A stretch of DNA of 63,676 nt, the filler included, from Klebsormidium nitens (taxonomy: Eukaryota > Plantae > Klebsormidiophyceae): NCBI GenBank assembly GCA_000708835.1. It is 4 parts of 4 records of this genome, joined end to end, with 100 filler letters (N's around TTAATTAATTAA, not from the genome) between each part and the next. Parts side by side here need not be neighbours in the genome. Positions count along the whole stretch, not along the records: positions 24,188 to 43,682 come from DF237910.1; positions 43,783 to 61,534 come from DF237960.1; 2 more parts are not named here. One strand, given 5' to 3'. Positions 34,326-47,612 of this stretch are shown in pieces (the first letter of the stretch is position 1; each line of letters begins with the position of its first letter). The notes under the pieces are model-generated. The model worked only from the letters and a program-made list of their open reading frames with translations. It was not told where the DNA came from and ran no database searches. The position numbers and the translations under genes were made by a program.

Positions 34326-35761
34326 TTGGGATTTAAGGTTGATTGAGGACCAAATTGTGATCGAATCAAGCGGGATTTCGAGGCTAGTTCCGCTCTATTT
34401 CTTTAGGGGGCTCTTAGTGACTCGATTTCGAGCTCTACGCGACCTGATTGGCTGCTTGGCGCCACCGTCGCTGCTCGACTATTACCGGTCCTATGCCTCT
34501 TTTTTTGGTGTCAATAATAACGAACATTGTAAGACTCCCGTCCGGTGTCAAATCTCCGAGTTGGGCACCAAGGATGGAGAGCTCTGCCCCATACAGGCAT
34601 TCTGGTGTCCTTCCGTTCCACAACCCACATGTTTTTGGAAAAGTCGCACCGATTGGTCTGAAGCTATGTCGACACTACGAGTCTGCTTGCAATTTCCCAA
34701 TTAGAAGACACCAAGAGAGCTAGTTGATTGCATCAATCGGCGTTGTGGTGTCCGTCCGTCCATCAACCCGCCTAGATTCGAAAACATTCGCACCAAATTG
34801 TCTGAAGCTTTGTCAAGTCTGTGAGACAAACCTCAAAATTTTGCTACAGACATCAGGTACGCGGTCTCGGTGCGACGATTTCGGTGACAATTTGTTGGGA
34901 GAAGGGTCGCACCAAATGCGCGATAAATAGTGTCAGAAGACAGGGTTGAGATCCATGCTAAGTTTGGTGGCACCACCATCATCGATCCTATAACCATCTA
35001 TGATGTAACGCGAGGAAGCGCCAGCCACTTAAATCCGCGCGGAGATTCAATGGCTGCTGAGCCCTGCATGCAATAGTAGAAAAAAGGCAACAACATGAAT
35101 ATGACCGCCCATTATCTCCCCACCCTGCTGACGAGCTCTCAGTATGCTTCGATTACATCCGCGCCGTGTCATTCTTGGATCACAACGACGAAAGAGCCTT
35201 GCGCATTGATGGTTTGCTTGACACTCTGTACAAATACACCTTACCACGAAGGCTTGGCCCCTCTGGTAGACCTTCAGAACATGGCAGATCTCTAGAACAG
35301 ATTTCAGGGTTTTGCTGGAACCTCGACCATGGCATCTGCTGAACTTCTAGACTCTAAAGCAGGCTCCGCATCTTCTGGGCACATCTAGATGCTGTGTTGG
35401 CGAACATCGGCATCATCCTTCGAAGGTGTCAAGTCGTGGACATTCCGATGTTGGGCTTTGGCTGTACCCCTCTCCAAAGCTGAATCTCTAAGCACACGTC
35501 GTACTCTCCGCTTCGCATCTGTTCCTGGTGACACGCCTCGTCTCATACGTTATCTTTTCATTTTCCTTCATGTCTACCATGGCTCCAAGTACGGGCTCTG
35601 GAAATTATGGAGATCTTGGATTCTGCGCCGCGGCGAACTGAATCGGAGGTTGTTCGCCGACATTGGCATGTCTTGCTAGCCTGCAACTCTTACCAACTAG
35701 AAAACTCGATGCCGTCAGGCTTTCACTAAGTTGATTTGCTACGCTTTCTGCGGTCACAATG

Positions 35762-38700
35762 TGTTGAAGCAAGCGCCTTTCAAGTGCACAACTCATAGGA
35801 ATGAGTGTGGTTCTTTTGATACATGAGTCCAAGTCTTGTGGCCTAGTTCAAGCCTAGCTATTACCCTAGGTGTGTCAATCGACAAATCGACGGTTTCTAT
35901 CCAACGTTGCCTACAAAAGAACCCATCGAACGGCTACACGAAAGACACATCACAAAAGACCCCATGCACAATGGACTGAATCCTACGGCTTACTTTACGC
36001 ACATCCTCCTACGGTGGATATTCAATCGTGCAAGTACGGCCGACCTTATGCATCAAACCCACGATTCTATGGACGATATGTCACAGCATATTAGAGCGTA
36101 CTGAAGGCTAGTACCGCCCAAATCTGACACTCCCCCACGCACTAAGTATCCTATGCAATTTCTTCTTGCACTTCAAGAACTTTCCGGGTGCCAACGCCTT
36201 GGTTAAGATGTCCGCCTTCATGTCCTCCATCTTGCAATACGCGAACTCGACCTCCTTCCGCGCCACCCGCTTCTGCGCAAACCGATGAATCACGTCAATG
36301 TGCTTCGATCGCTGCGAAGCGATCGGATGCTTGAGGAGCCGTATTGCCCCTTGGTTGTCGCAATGAATTAGGACCGTTCCGAGGTCCAACCCGAGATCTC
36401 CCCCGTGTTTGTGGAACCACAACGCCTCTTTCACGGCGTTTTCCGCGCTCATATACTCCGCCCCTACCGTCGAGGCCGCCACCGTCAGTTGAAGACGGCT
36501 CGACCAACTCACCGCTCCCCCGTACATCAAGAAGACGTACCCCGTCATAGAACTCTTTGTGTTGATGTCCCCTGCATAATTGGCGTCGCAAAACTCCTCG
36601 AGGACCTCGCCGCTCCCCCCGAAGGTTATTCCGGCTCCCGCCGTGCCCACCAAGTAGCGCACCACCCCAAGCGCCGCCGCCCAGTGCGCCTCTGTTGGCG
36701 CGCTCGTGTAGCGCGCCAAAGCACCCACGGCTTGAGCGATGTCGGGCCGTGTGCACACGCTCAAGTACGACAAGCTTCCAATAAGCTCGCTATAGGGGAA
36801 TCTCGCCGTGTCGAGCGGCTCACCCTCTCGTGTCAACTTCTCCCCGCCCCAAGGAGGACCGAGCGCGCTCTTGCGCCCGCCAACGCGTGCCGCCTAATAA
36901 GCTCCCCCGTGAGCTTCTTCTGTGTGAGCTTCAAAGTACGCGCGTCCCGATCGCGCGCCAACTCCATCCCGAGGGAGTAGGTCGCCTCCTCCAAGTCGGG
37001 CACGTCGAACTTCTCCGCCAAGTGCGCCTTCACCTTCGCAATCGGCTCCGCCCCCCAGGGCCGCGACGAGAATGTCGTCCACCCACACAATGAGGTAAAT
37101 CCGCTCCCCGTCCACCACTCCCGAAAAGAGCGCCGTGTCCGCCAACGACGCCACGAACTCAAAGTTCCCGAGCTCCTCTTTCAAGCGCGTGTGCCACGCA
37201 CGCGGCGTTTGGCGCACCCCGTTTAAGGTGCGCTTGAGGTGGCAAACCACGTTGGGCCCGCCTTGCTCGTACCCTTGCGGTTGTTGCATGTAGATCGCCT
37301 TCTCGAGCTCCCCGTTGAGAAACGCCGTCTCGACGTCCAATTGGTGAAGCTCCAAGTCGCGCTTTGCGACCACCGCTAGGAGCGCTCGCAACGTGGTGTG
37401 CTTGCTCACGGGAGCATAGACTTCCTCGAAGTGTATCCCTTCGCCACGAGTTGCGACTTGTACCGCTCCACGTTTCCAAGCGGATCCCGCTTAATCTTGT
37501 AAACCCACTTCATGGGAACCGGCTTCACCCCCTCCGGTATTTCAACAAGCTTCCACGTCCCGTTCTCCAACAAGGACCGCATCTCCTCGTCCATGGACTT
37601 CCGCAAGAGCTCGCTTTGCTCTCTTCTCCCCCTACGGCTTCTTGTTACGTTTGCGGCTCCGGATGCTCCCCCGAACCCTTCGGATGCTCCCCCGTTTCCG
37701 CCGCCAAATTCGCTCGGTACCACTCCCCGGGCGCCCGCCTTTCGCGTGCGGGGTATCTTCTCGCCGTCTCCTCTTGAGCGCCGTCCCCCTCAACGGATAT
37801 TCCTCGCTCCCGGTGTCGGCCTCCCCCGTAGGAGTAGCCCCTACACCGGGCTGAGTGTCGGCCTCCCCGTAGGGATAGCCTCTACACCCATCCGAGTCGA
37901 GGGGCTCGCACGACTAGGGCCGCGAGCACCCCCTCCTCCTTCTTCGAATCGGAGCCAAGCTCAACGAACGGAGGGCCCGCGCTCATCCACGATGACATCG
38001 TGGGAAGTCAAAATCCTACCGTCCCGCTCTTGGAGGACCCGGTAGGACTTGGACTTGGGCTCTTACCCCAAGAACACCGTCGCTCGCTCACCGGCTCCAT
38101 CTTCTTCCGGCTCCCTTTGGGCACGTGGATGTAGGCCCGCGCCCCAAACACCCGCAAGTGGCTAAGGTTTGGCTTCTCCCCGCAGAACATCTCTCACGGG
38201 GACTTGCCGTGCACGCTCGATGGAACCCGGTTCCGGGTGTAGTTGGCCGTCACCATCGCTTCCGCCCACAAATCCGGCCCCAACCCAGCATTTTCTAGCA
38301 AAGCCCGCGCTCTCTCCTCGAGCGTCCGGTTCAACCGCTCCGCCGAACCGTTTTGTTCGAGAGAGTGCCCGGCCGTGGTGCGGTGCACCGTCCCTCTCTT
38401 CCCGAGAAGGGCCGTCATTCCCTCGTTGACGTACTCCCCGCCCCGGTTCGTTTGCACCCCCTTGACTTTCTTCCCGGATTGCAACTCTAAGCGGGCAAAC
38501 ACGCTTTCCGTGACCGCCGTGACGTTGCTCTTCCGCTTCATCGGTTGCACCACCGAAAGCTTGCTATAGACGTCAAGGAAAGTGGCCAAGTACCTACTCC
38601 CCCCCTTTGACGTCACCGGCATGGGCCCGCACACGTCCATGTGCACGAGCTCTAGGGGTTCTTTGCTATCCTTGGAGTCCGACTCCTTAGGGAAGGGCTC

Positions 38701-40717
38701 ACGGGTTTCCTTTCCGATGATGCAAGGCTCACACACCGAGGTTCTTTTGCTCCGGAGTGCCTCCGCTTTGACTCCCACACCCCGGACCGCGTCCCCCATC
38801 AACCAGATTGGCTAGGCTTTCGTACCCGGCGTGCCCCAACCTCCGGTGCCACAACACCGGGCTCTCGGCTTCCCTCACGAGCAAGCAAGTATCTTCCCAC
38901 GTTGTCTTCGGTTGACAACAACGGGCATCCCCTCCGCATTCTCCTCCACCCGAAGCACAACCTTTCCATCCATGGAAACCTCGCACACTTACCCATGGAA
39001 CACAACCTCGGCTCCTACCGCGGTGGCTTCCTTGACGGAGAAAAGGTTCTCCGCCACACCGAGACATAGGCAACCTCACGGAGAAGGTTGACTTGCTCAC
39101 CTTCCGGCGTCTTGCATCGCAACTCCACCGTGCCCACCCCGGCTACCTCAATGAACCCCTTGTTCCCAAACTTGATTGCGCGAGTCCCCGGCTCAAGCAT
39201 CTCCAACGTTGAGAACGAGCTCTTGACCCCCGTCATTTGTTGGCTAGCCCCAGAGTCAACAATCCACCTTCCGGTCTCCGCCCCTTACCCGGCTACAAAG
39301 GCAACCCCTTGCCGGCCCCCAGTTTTCCCCTTCTTTGGGCACTCCCTCTTGAAGTGGTCCGAGCTACCGCATATGTAGCACTTTCTTCCCGACTTGGGCT
39401 TCTGCGGCTCACGAGACCCGGACCGGTACTCTCTCTCAAAGTGCCCCATCCTTTCACACTAGTGGCAAGCCATGGAAGCCTTCCCGGGACCACCCTTGCC
39501 CTTACCAGCAAAGTTGCCACCTTTGGCCGCGTAGGCCACCGCCGTTGCCGAGCCCGAGGCCCCGCTATCTTGCTCTCCAAGAAGCCCATGCCTTTGCTCA
39601 AACACTTGCAATGTCGAGAGAAGCTCTTCCACCTTGCCTAGTTCCTCCTTGGTGGTTGTCAACACCGTTACTACCCCCTCAAACCGGCTTGACAACCCGG
39701 CAAGCACGCTAAAGGATAGATCATCCGGCTTCATATCGAAGCGGGCGGCTAGCAAATCCCAGTAAAGGTCTTGGGCTCTACCCACATACGTGGCAACGGA
39801 CTCACCGGGTTGCACCTTAAGGTGCTCAATCAATGACGGAGTTGCAACTTCCGAGCCGCACTTTTGCTCTTGTAGGTCTTTCCGAGCGGAGCGCGTCCCA
39901 CGCTACCGTGGCATTCTGAGCGTCTAATATTGCCCCAAGGTGTTGTTGCCGGACGTGCAAACCTATCAAAGCTTTTGCTTTCTCGGTCCTCTCCGAATCA
40001 TCGACCGGGTCTGTAACCCCTTTCCACAACCTCTTGTGTGTCAAGAGAAGTTGCATCCTCTGTGACCACACCGTATAGTTGTCAACATCTAAAGGTCCTA
40101 TGTGAACCTTGAGTCCTTTAGCCATGATTATCGCGAGCAAAACAAACAACACTTCTTGGGTTGGGCACTCCTTTGTGCCGAGAGTGGTTTGTCCGTATTT
40201 TCACAAGCGTCGCGAGATGGAGTGCTACTCCACTCCTTTAGCCCCTACTGGAATACCTCTCACCAACCTGGAATTGTTGTTGCAATTGCTTACTAGTCTC
40301 CCCTCATTCCCTAGCGTCTTGGGCCCATAACCTGCTGAAAGCAAGCGCCTTTCAAGTGCACGACTACTAGGAATGAGTGTGGTCCTTTTGATTCATGAGT
40401 CCAAGTCTTATAGCCTAGTTCAAGCCTAGCTATTACCTTAGGTGTGTTAATCGACAAATCGACGGTTCCTATCCGACGTTGCCTACAAAAGAACCCATCG
40501 AACGGCTACACCAAAATACACATCACAAAAGACCCCATAGACCCATACACAATGGACTCAATCCTACGGCTTACTTTACGCACATTCTACGGTGGATATT
40601 CAATCATGCAAGCTGACAATCGAACGGCCGACCTTATGCATCAAACCTACGATTCTATGGACGATATATAATAAGATAGTAGGGCGTACTCAAGGTTAGT
40701 ACCGCCCAAATCTAACA
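35762..40717 (-). mobile_element. Copia LTR retrotransposon 2, structurally complete but frameshifted
   Basis: LTRs at 35762-36129 and 40333-40717. 5-bp TSD CAATG at 35757-35761 and 40718-40722. PBS, PPT, and gag (ATG 40125)-PR-INT-RT-RH motifs. Confidence 0.95.
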
Positions 40718-42154
40718 CAATGCTCTTGGAGGCCTTGACACAAAGTAGCACACGGTGTGGCCGACTTCAGAGATGTCCCCATACGCTCGCTGCAACGTTC
40801 TTCTCGAAGAATTCACTCGAAATGACGCTAGACTTTGATGTGCTTGTTCAGCTTGCAAGGATAAACCGTATGACAGGCAAAACTACTCGATCATGTTCTC
40901 GCCCGCCTTCGTTCGGTCGCTTGTGACCCTTCATTTCCTTAGCACCTGGTAAATGCTTGGCCTCGTTGATGCGAGCTTGGAAATGGTAAAAGAGCTGAAG
41001 GGTTTTGTGCATGGCGTGTTGGAGGAATCCTCCATCCTTGACGGACCATTTATTGCTTGGAACACGAGCCTTGAAGAATGTACAAACCTGGATGACATTC
41101 CTGACTTATTGAAGATTGTGCTGGCTCTCAACTTGGAACAGAATCCGCTCTTTCAGAAACTACATCATGATGCTTGAGTTTCCTAATTGTAAGTTTGGTG
41201 TTCCGTTTCTCCTTTAAATTGCTATCGAATCCATCGTGTCTGCCAATCGGGGCCGGGATCCTTTTCAGTCTATGGATGTTGGCGCTGATGAACTTCAAAG
41301 CTTTCTCTACACCGTGTCGTTTCCCCATCAGGACGGCATCTTTCATAATGCTTTGCTGAGCAAGAACTGTTGAAATTCATGATAGGGAGTCGTAGTGTAC
41401 TGGAGTTCCTCGTCATCGGGTCTTATCGTGTTGCCCGGCACCCATGCTCATCACTCATTGATGGCAACCATGCATCNNNNNNNNNNNNNNNNNNNNNNNN
41501 NNNNNNNNNNNNNNNNNNNNNNNNNNNNNNNNNNNNNNNNNNNNNNNNNNNNNNNNNNNNNNNNNNNNNNNNNNNNNNNNNNNNNNNNNNNNNNNNNNNN
41601 NNNNNNNNNNNNNNNNNNNNNNNNNNNNNNNNNNNNNNNNNNNNNNNNNNNNNNNNNNNNNNNNNNNNNNNNNNNNNNNNNNNNNNNNNNNNNNNNNNNN
41701 NNNNNNNNNNNNNNNNNNNNNNNNNNNNNNNNNNNNNNNNNNNNNNNNNNNNNNNNNNNNNNNNNNNNNNNNNNNNNNNNNNNNNNNNNNNNNNNNNNNN
41801 NNNNNNNNNNNNNNNNNNNNNNNNNNNNNNNNNNNNNNNNNNNNNNNNNNNNNNNNNNNNNNNNNNNNNNNNNNNNNNNNNNNNNNNNNNNNNNNNNNNN
41901 NNNNNNNNNNNNNNNNNNNNNNNNNNNNNNNNNNNNNNNNNNNNNNNNNNNNNNNNNNNNNNNNNNNNNNNNNNNNNNNNNNNNNNNNNNNNNNNNNNNN
42001 NNNNNNNNNNNNNNNNNNNNNNNNNNNNNNNNNNNNNNNNNNNNNNNNNNNNNNNNNNNNNNNNNNNNNNNNNNNNNNNNNNNNNNNNNNNNNNNNNNNN
42101 NNNNNNNNNNNNNNNNNNNNNNNNNNNNNNNNNNNNNNNNNNNNNNNNNNNNNN

Positions 42155-43300
42155 ATGATGTATCACAATAGTGGTTTCCACCACTATAAATCTTACAGGT
42201 CTCTCCCGTTCCACTATCCAACTGGCTTACTACCCTACTGGCTCACTAGCCTAAGTTACACACTACTAGGCTCACTAGCCTAGCTCACAGTCACACGCAA
42301 TATAAGCCTTCGATATTCTCATCTACGGTCAACACTGACGGCCGCCTTCAACCGCCTAACCTCCAGACCGCCTAACGGTTTAACCGCCCGATCGCTGTAC
42401 ACGCACGCCGGCGCTCACTAGTTCAAACCCTAACTCGGGTCGAATCCTAACACAAAGTAATTCGGCTGACAATAATCACCGAATTCTACGCACTCCCACT
42501 CAGACGAATTACTCAAAGCCTTTGTAACTCGTCACGCTTCTCTTGCGGGCTGTGTTCTTCGCTTTCGGCGTCACCCACACACCTCCACTTTCGCCACCCT
42601 CGCTCTCCTGATAGCGCATTGCGTCGCTCTTCTCTGACGACGTCTTCTCCACTCCGTGCTCCGGCTCTTCGGCTCCCACGGCTTCCGTTGCTACTCCCAC
42701 ATTTGCCTGATACCACTCGGCGGGATCCCGTCGCACTCTCGCACGATGTTTTTCCAACTCTTGGGACTCCACTACAGGCTTCTCCGTTGCCTGTTCCACA
42801 TCGGCGGGCTCGCTCTCTACCGCCGTCACTTGGCTTTCCTTGGCCTCTCCGATCTCCTCAGACACCTTCACACCTTCGCGCACAACTTCCACAATCGGCC
42901 CACATTGGCTCTCTTTTGAATCTGTGCGCGCGGCGCGGCTGCGGACCTTCGCGAACGCGGGTGCGTCTCCCTAGCGCTTCATTTTAAATTCCGCCCCTTT
43001 TTCGACCATTTTGAACATGTGCGCGGCTCCTCGTCCGCCCCCACACAAGTTCCCCTTTCTCGTCGTCCAACTCGTCTAGATCGATCTCCACGACCTTCAC
43101 CGTCTTTTTCACCACGCTTTCCGCTCTTACCGGCCTCTTTGCCACGGTGGCGCACACACGGTCCTTTTTGACCGGTCCTCTCGCAAGGAATGACCTCTGC
43201 TTCCCTACGGTCTCAATTTCCCACAGTCCTCCACGCTTGAGTGCCTCCATACGAACCACGTTGTCTGTTCTTCTTCCCAGCTCGTTTGAGCTTCCCCGGC
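42155..43300 (-). mobile_element. Internally deleted Copia derivative (3' LTR part, PPT, truncated pol)
   Basis: LTR start TG at 42492 follows the purine tract gagtgggag. RARVRRDPAEWYQAN (42509-42892) parallels the INT-RT linker RARRAPGEWYRAN, but no RT or RNase H follows. Confidence 0.55.
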
Positions 43301-43516
43301 CCTACTCTGAGCTTCAGTAGCCTCTCTGTTTGGCGGCATACGCCACAGCTTCATCCCCACCCAAAGTCCCCTTCAAGACCTTGCTTCAGCCCTCAAATTT
43401 AGCTTCTGCTCTCTCTGCATTAGCTTTGGCTGGATCTCATCTAGGGTTAGCTCCTCTTCCCCAAGCTCCAAGAACTCCACAACGGTGGCATACTCTTCCG
43501 GCAAACCCTCCAAGGC

Positions 43517-43682
43517 GTGCACGGCCAGCTCTCCTCTGGGACGGTTTGGCTTGGTGTAGACAACTACATCAATTGGAGTCGCAAAATCAAGTTCTTGCTA
43601 ACCTCCAAGGATCTATGGGACGGAGTGACGAATTCCGAGGAGCACGCATCTCAATCAACAAAAGCGTTGTCCATCATAGGGC
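43517..43682 (+). mobile_element. Copia gag N-terminal fragment, + strand
   Basis: LGVDNYINWSRKIKFLLTSKDLWDGV; runs into a gap. Confidence 0.75.
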
Positions 43683-43782
43683 NNNNNNNNNNNNNNNNNN
43701 NNNNNNNNNNNNNNNNNNNNNNNNNNTTAATTAATTAANNNNNNNNNNNNNNNNNNNNNNNNNNNNNNNNNNNNNNNNNNNN

Positions 43783-44606
43783 TCCCCGGGCGCCCGCCTC
43801 GCTCTAGCGGGGTATCTTCGCTCCGCCGTCTCTTCTTCATCCGTTTCAACGGACTCCTCGCTCCCGGTGCCGGCCTCCCCCGTAGGGGTAGCCCCTGCAC
43901 CGGGCTGAGTGTCAGCCTCCCCCGTAGGGGTAGCCCCTACACCCATCCGAGTCGGGGGGCTCACACGACTTGGGCCGCGAGCACCCTCCTCCTCCTTCCC
44001 CGGATCGGAGCCAAGCTCAACGATCACGGAGGGCCCACGCTCATCCACGATGACGTCGCGGGAAGTCAACACCCTACCATCCCGCTCTCGAAGGACCCGC
44101 TAGAACTTGGAGTTGGGCTCGTACCCCAAGAACACCCCTCGCTCGCTCACCGGCTCCATCTTCTTCCGGTTTCCCTTGGGCACGTGGATGAAGGCCCGCG
44201 CCCCAAACACCCGCAGGTAGCTTAGGTTCGGCTTCTTCCCATAGAACATCTCCCACGGCGTCTTGCCGTGCACGCTCGAGGGCACCCGGTTCCGGGTGTA
44301 GTTAGCCGTGACCATCGCTTCCGCCCACAACTCCGGCTTCAACCCAGCATCCTCTAGCAAAGCCCGCGCTGTCTCCTCGAGCGTCCGGTTCAACCGCTCC
44401 GCCGAGCCGTTTTGTCCAGGAGAGTGCCCCGCCGTGGTCCGTTGCACCGTCCCTCTCTTTCCGAGGAGGGCCGTCATTCCCTCGTTGACGTACTCTCCGC
44501 CCCGGTCCGTTTGCACCGACTTGACCTTCTTTCCGGATTGCAACTCCAACCGGGCAAACACGCTCTCCGTGACCGCCGTGACGTCGCTCTTCCGCTTCAT
44601 CGATTG
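43783..44606 (-). mobile_element. Copia integrase C-terminal fragment
   Basis: TDRGGEY...NGSAERLNRTL...RVFGARAFIHVP. Confidence 0.9.
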
Positions 44607-44820
44607 TGTTGAAACACAGCGTTGTTGGAAGTGATATTCAATCAATCAAGTTCACACAATGTATATGGAGTGTTCCGAGTCACGGCCTATCTTTAGGTCT
44701 ACACTCTAGCCTAGTANNNNNNNNNNNNNNNNNNNNATAGGCCGTGACTCGGAACACTCCATATACATTGTGTGAACTTGATTGATTGAATATCACTTCT
44801 AACAACGCTGTGTTTCAACA
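44607..44820. repeat. Two inverted LTR-end-like fragments flanking a 20-N gap
   Basis: 44607-44690 is the near-perfect reverse complement of 44737-44820. Termini read tgttgaaaca...tgtttcaaca, resembling the tgttgaaagcaagcg LTR ends in this window. Confidence 0.7.
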
Positions 44821-47612
44821 AACACCCTACCATCCCGCTCCCGAAGGACCCGGTACGATTTGGAGTTGGGCTCGTAGCCCAAGAACACTCCGCGCTCACT
44901 CACGGGCTCCATTTTCTGCCGGTTCCCCTTGGGCACGTGGATGTAGGCCCGCGCCCCAAACACCCGAACGTGGCTTCTCCCCATAGAACATCTCCCACGG
45001 CGTCTTGCCGTGCACGCTCGAGGGCACCCGGTTCCTGGTGTAGTTAGCCGTGACCATCGCTTCCGCCCACAACTCCGGCTTCAACCCGGCATCATCTAGC
45101 AAAGCCCGTGCTCTTCCTCGAGCGTCCGGTTCAACCGCTCCGCCGAGCCGTTTTGTTCGAGAGAGTGCCCCGCCGAGGTCCGTTGCACCGTCCTTCTCTT
45201 CCCGAGGAGGGCGGTCATTCCCTCGTTGACGTACTCCCCAGTGCGGTCCGTTTCCACCGATTTGACCTTCTTCCCGGATTGTAACTCCAAACGGGCAAAC
45301 ACGCTCTCCGTGACCGCCGTGACGTCGCTCTTCCGCTTCATCGGTTGCACCACCGAAAGCTTGCTATAGTCGTCGCGGAAAGTGGCCAAGTACCTACTCC
45401 CCCCCTTTGACGTCACCGGCATGGTCCCGCACACGTCCATGTGCACGAGCTCGAGGCCCGGGCTTGTACTCTCCTTGGAGTCCGACTCCTTGAAAAATGG
45501 CTCCCGGGTTTGCTTCCCCGTGATGCAAGGCTCGTACACCGAACTTTTCTCCTCCCGAAACGCCTCCGCTTTGACCCCCCCACACCCCGGACCAACCTGG
45601 AGCCCTTGACCATCTTAGCCACGCTCTCATAGCCGGCATGCCCCAACCTCCGGTGCCACAACACTGGGCTCTCGGCTTCCCTCACGAGTAAGCACGTGTC
45701 CTCCCACGTTGCCTTTGGTTGGCAAATCACCGACATGCCCTCCACGTTCTCCTCCGCCCGAAGCATGACCTCCCCGTCCATGGACAATTCACACACCTCC
45801 CCGCGAAACACAACCTCGGCCCCTACCGCGGCTGCTTTCTTCACCGAGAAGAGGTTCTCCGCCACACCCGGGACGTACGCCACCTCACAGAGAAGGTTCA
45901 CCCGCTCTCCCGAGGGCGTCTCACACCGCAACTCCACGGTGCCCACCCCAGCTACCTCAAGGGACCGCTTGTTCGCAAACTTGATCGCCCGAGTTCCCGG
46001 CTCAAGCAATTCCAACGTTGAGAATGAGCTCTTGACCCCCGTCATGTGTTGGCTAGTCCCGGAGTCAACAATCCACCTTCCCCGGCTACAAAGGCTACCT
46101 CTTGCCGGCCCCCGGTTTCCCCCTTCTTCGGGCATTCCCTCTTGAAGTGGTCCGGGCTACCGCAAATGTAGCACCTGTTCCCCGACTTCGGCTTCTCCGG
46201 CTCTCGAGACCCGGACCGGCACTCTCTTTCAAAGTGCCCCAACTTACCACGCTTGTGGCACGCCATGGAAGCCTGGGGCCGGGCCACCCTTGTCCTTGCC
46301 GCCAAAGTTGCCACCATTGGCCGCGGAGGCCACCGCCGTTGCCAAGCCCGAGGCCCCGCTGTCTTGCTCCCCAAACAGCCCATGCCTTTACTCAAACACT
46401 TGCAACTTTTAGAGAAGCTCTTCCACCTTGCCTAGCTCCTCCTTGGTGGTGGTCAACACCGTTACTACCCCCTCAAACCGGCTTGACAACCCGGCAAGCA
46501 CGCTAAAGGATAGATCATCCGGCTTCATGTTGGAGCCGGCGGCTAACAAATCCCGGTAAAGGTCTTGGGCTCTACCCACATAGGCGGCAACGGACTCACC
46601 GGATTGCATCTTGAGGGTGCTCAACTCATGCCGGAGTTGCAACTTCTGAGCCGCACTTTTGCTCTTGTAGGTCTTTTTCAGCGCGTCCCACACTACCTTG
46701 GCATTCTCAGCTGCTAAGATTGCCCCTCGGTGCTGTTGCCGGACGTGCAAGCCTATCAAAGCTCTTGCTTCCTTGGTCCTCTCCGCATCACCGGCCGGGT
46801 CCGTGACCCCTTTCCACAACTTCTTGTGTGTCAAGAGAAGTTGCATTCTCTGTGACCACACCGTATAGTTGTCAACATATAAAGGCTCTATGTTGACCTT
46901 CACTCCTTCAGCCATCTTTACCGCTAGCCAACCAACGCTTCTTAGGCTGGACACTCCTTTGTGCTGAGAAAGGTTTGTGGGTATTTTCACGGGCGTCGCG
47001 AGATAGAGTATTACTTCACTCCTTTAGCCCCCACTGAAATACCTTTCACCAACCTAGAATTGTCGTTGCTGGCAATTACTACTCAGATCCCTCACTCCCT
47101 GGCGTAAAGGGCCCATATTACCTGTTGCAAGCAAACGCCTTTCAAGTTCACAACTACTAGGAATGAGTCTCCATTACATGGCAATGTCCAAGGCATTCCA
47201 AATCCGTAGGTAGGTTTACCCTAGCCTTCCTTGCCTAGTCCACCTCTGCCGGGCACTAGTCGGTTCAACTATATGAAGTCTTATCCAAGTGACCGGGTCA
47301 CTATACGACGCACTCGGGTCACTATACGACTGGCTATATGGGCTAATTACCACTCGGACTTGTGGTCGGTAGTACTATACCGAGGTGGTCGGTAGTACCG
47401 TACTACTAGGTCGGGGCTACTACACACTAGTGGTCGGGGCTCCTAAGTCACACAACTCGACTCACGATCGGACGGTCTATATTGCGTGAATAACACACCA
47501 AATAGCTTGCCATCCTACGGTCGATACTCGGCCTATCGAAGCCTTAATCGACGGCTACGAATTGTCTAGGATATCAGGGCGTACTCACTCAAGTAACGCC
47601 CGAATCTCAACA
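44821..47612 (-). mobile_element. Copia LTR retrotransposon 3, 5' half
   Basis: 5' LTR at 47123-47612, PBS, gag ATG 46915, two CCHC knuckles (CHKRGKLGHFEREC, CYICGSPDHFKREC), WIVDSG and integrase. Confidence 0.9.

Noticed and set aside
41370-42221. ORFs spanning N runs (also 4069-5436 and 8486-8880)
   Set aside because: Open only because N codons contain no stops.
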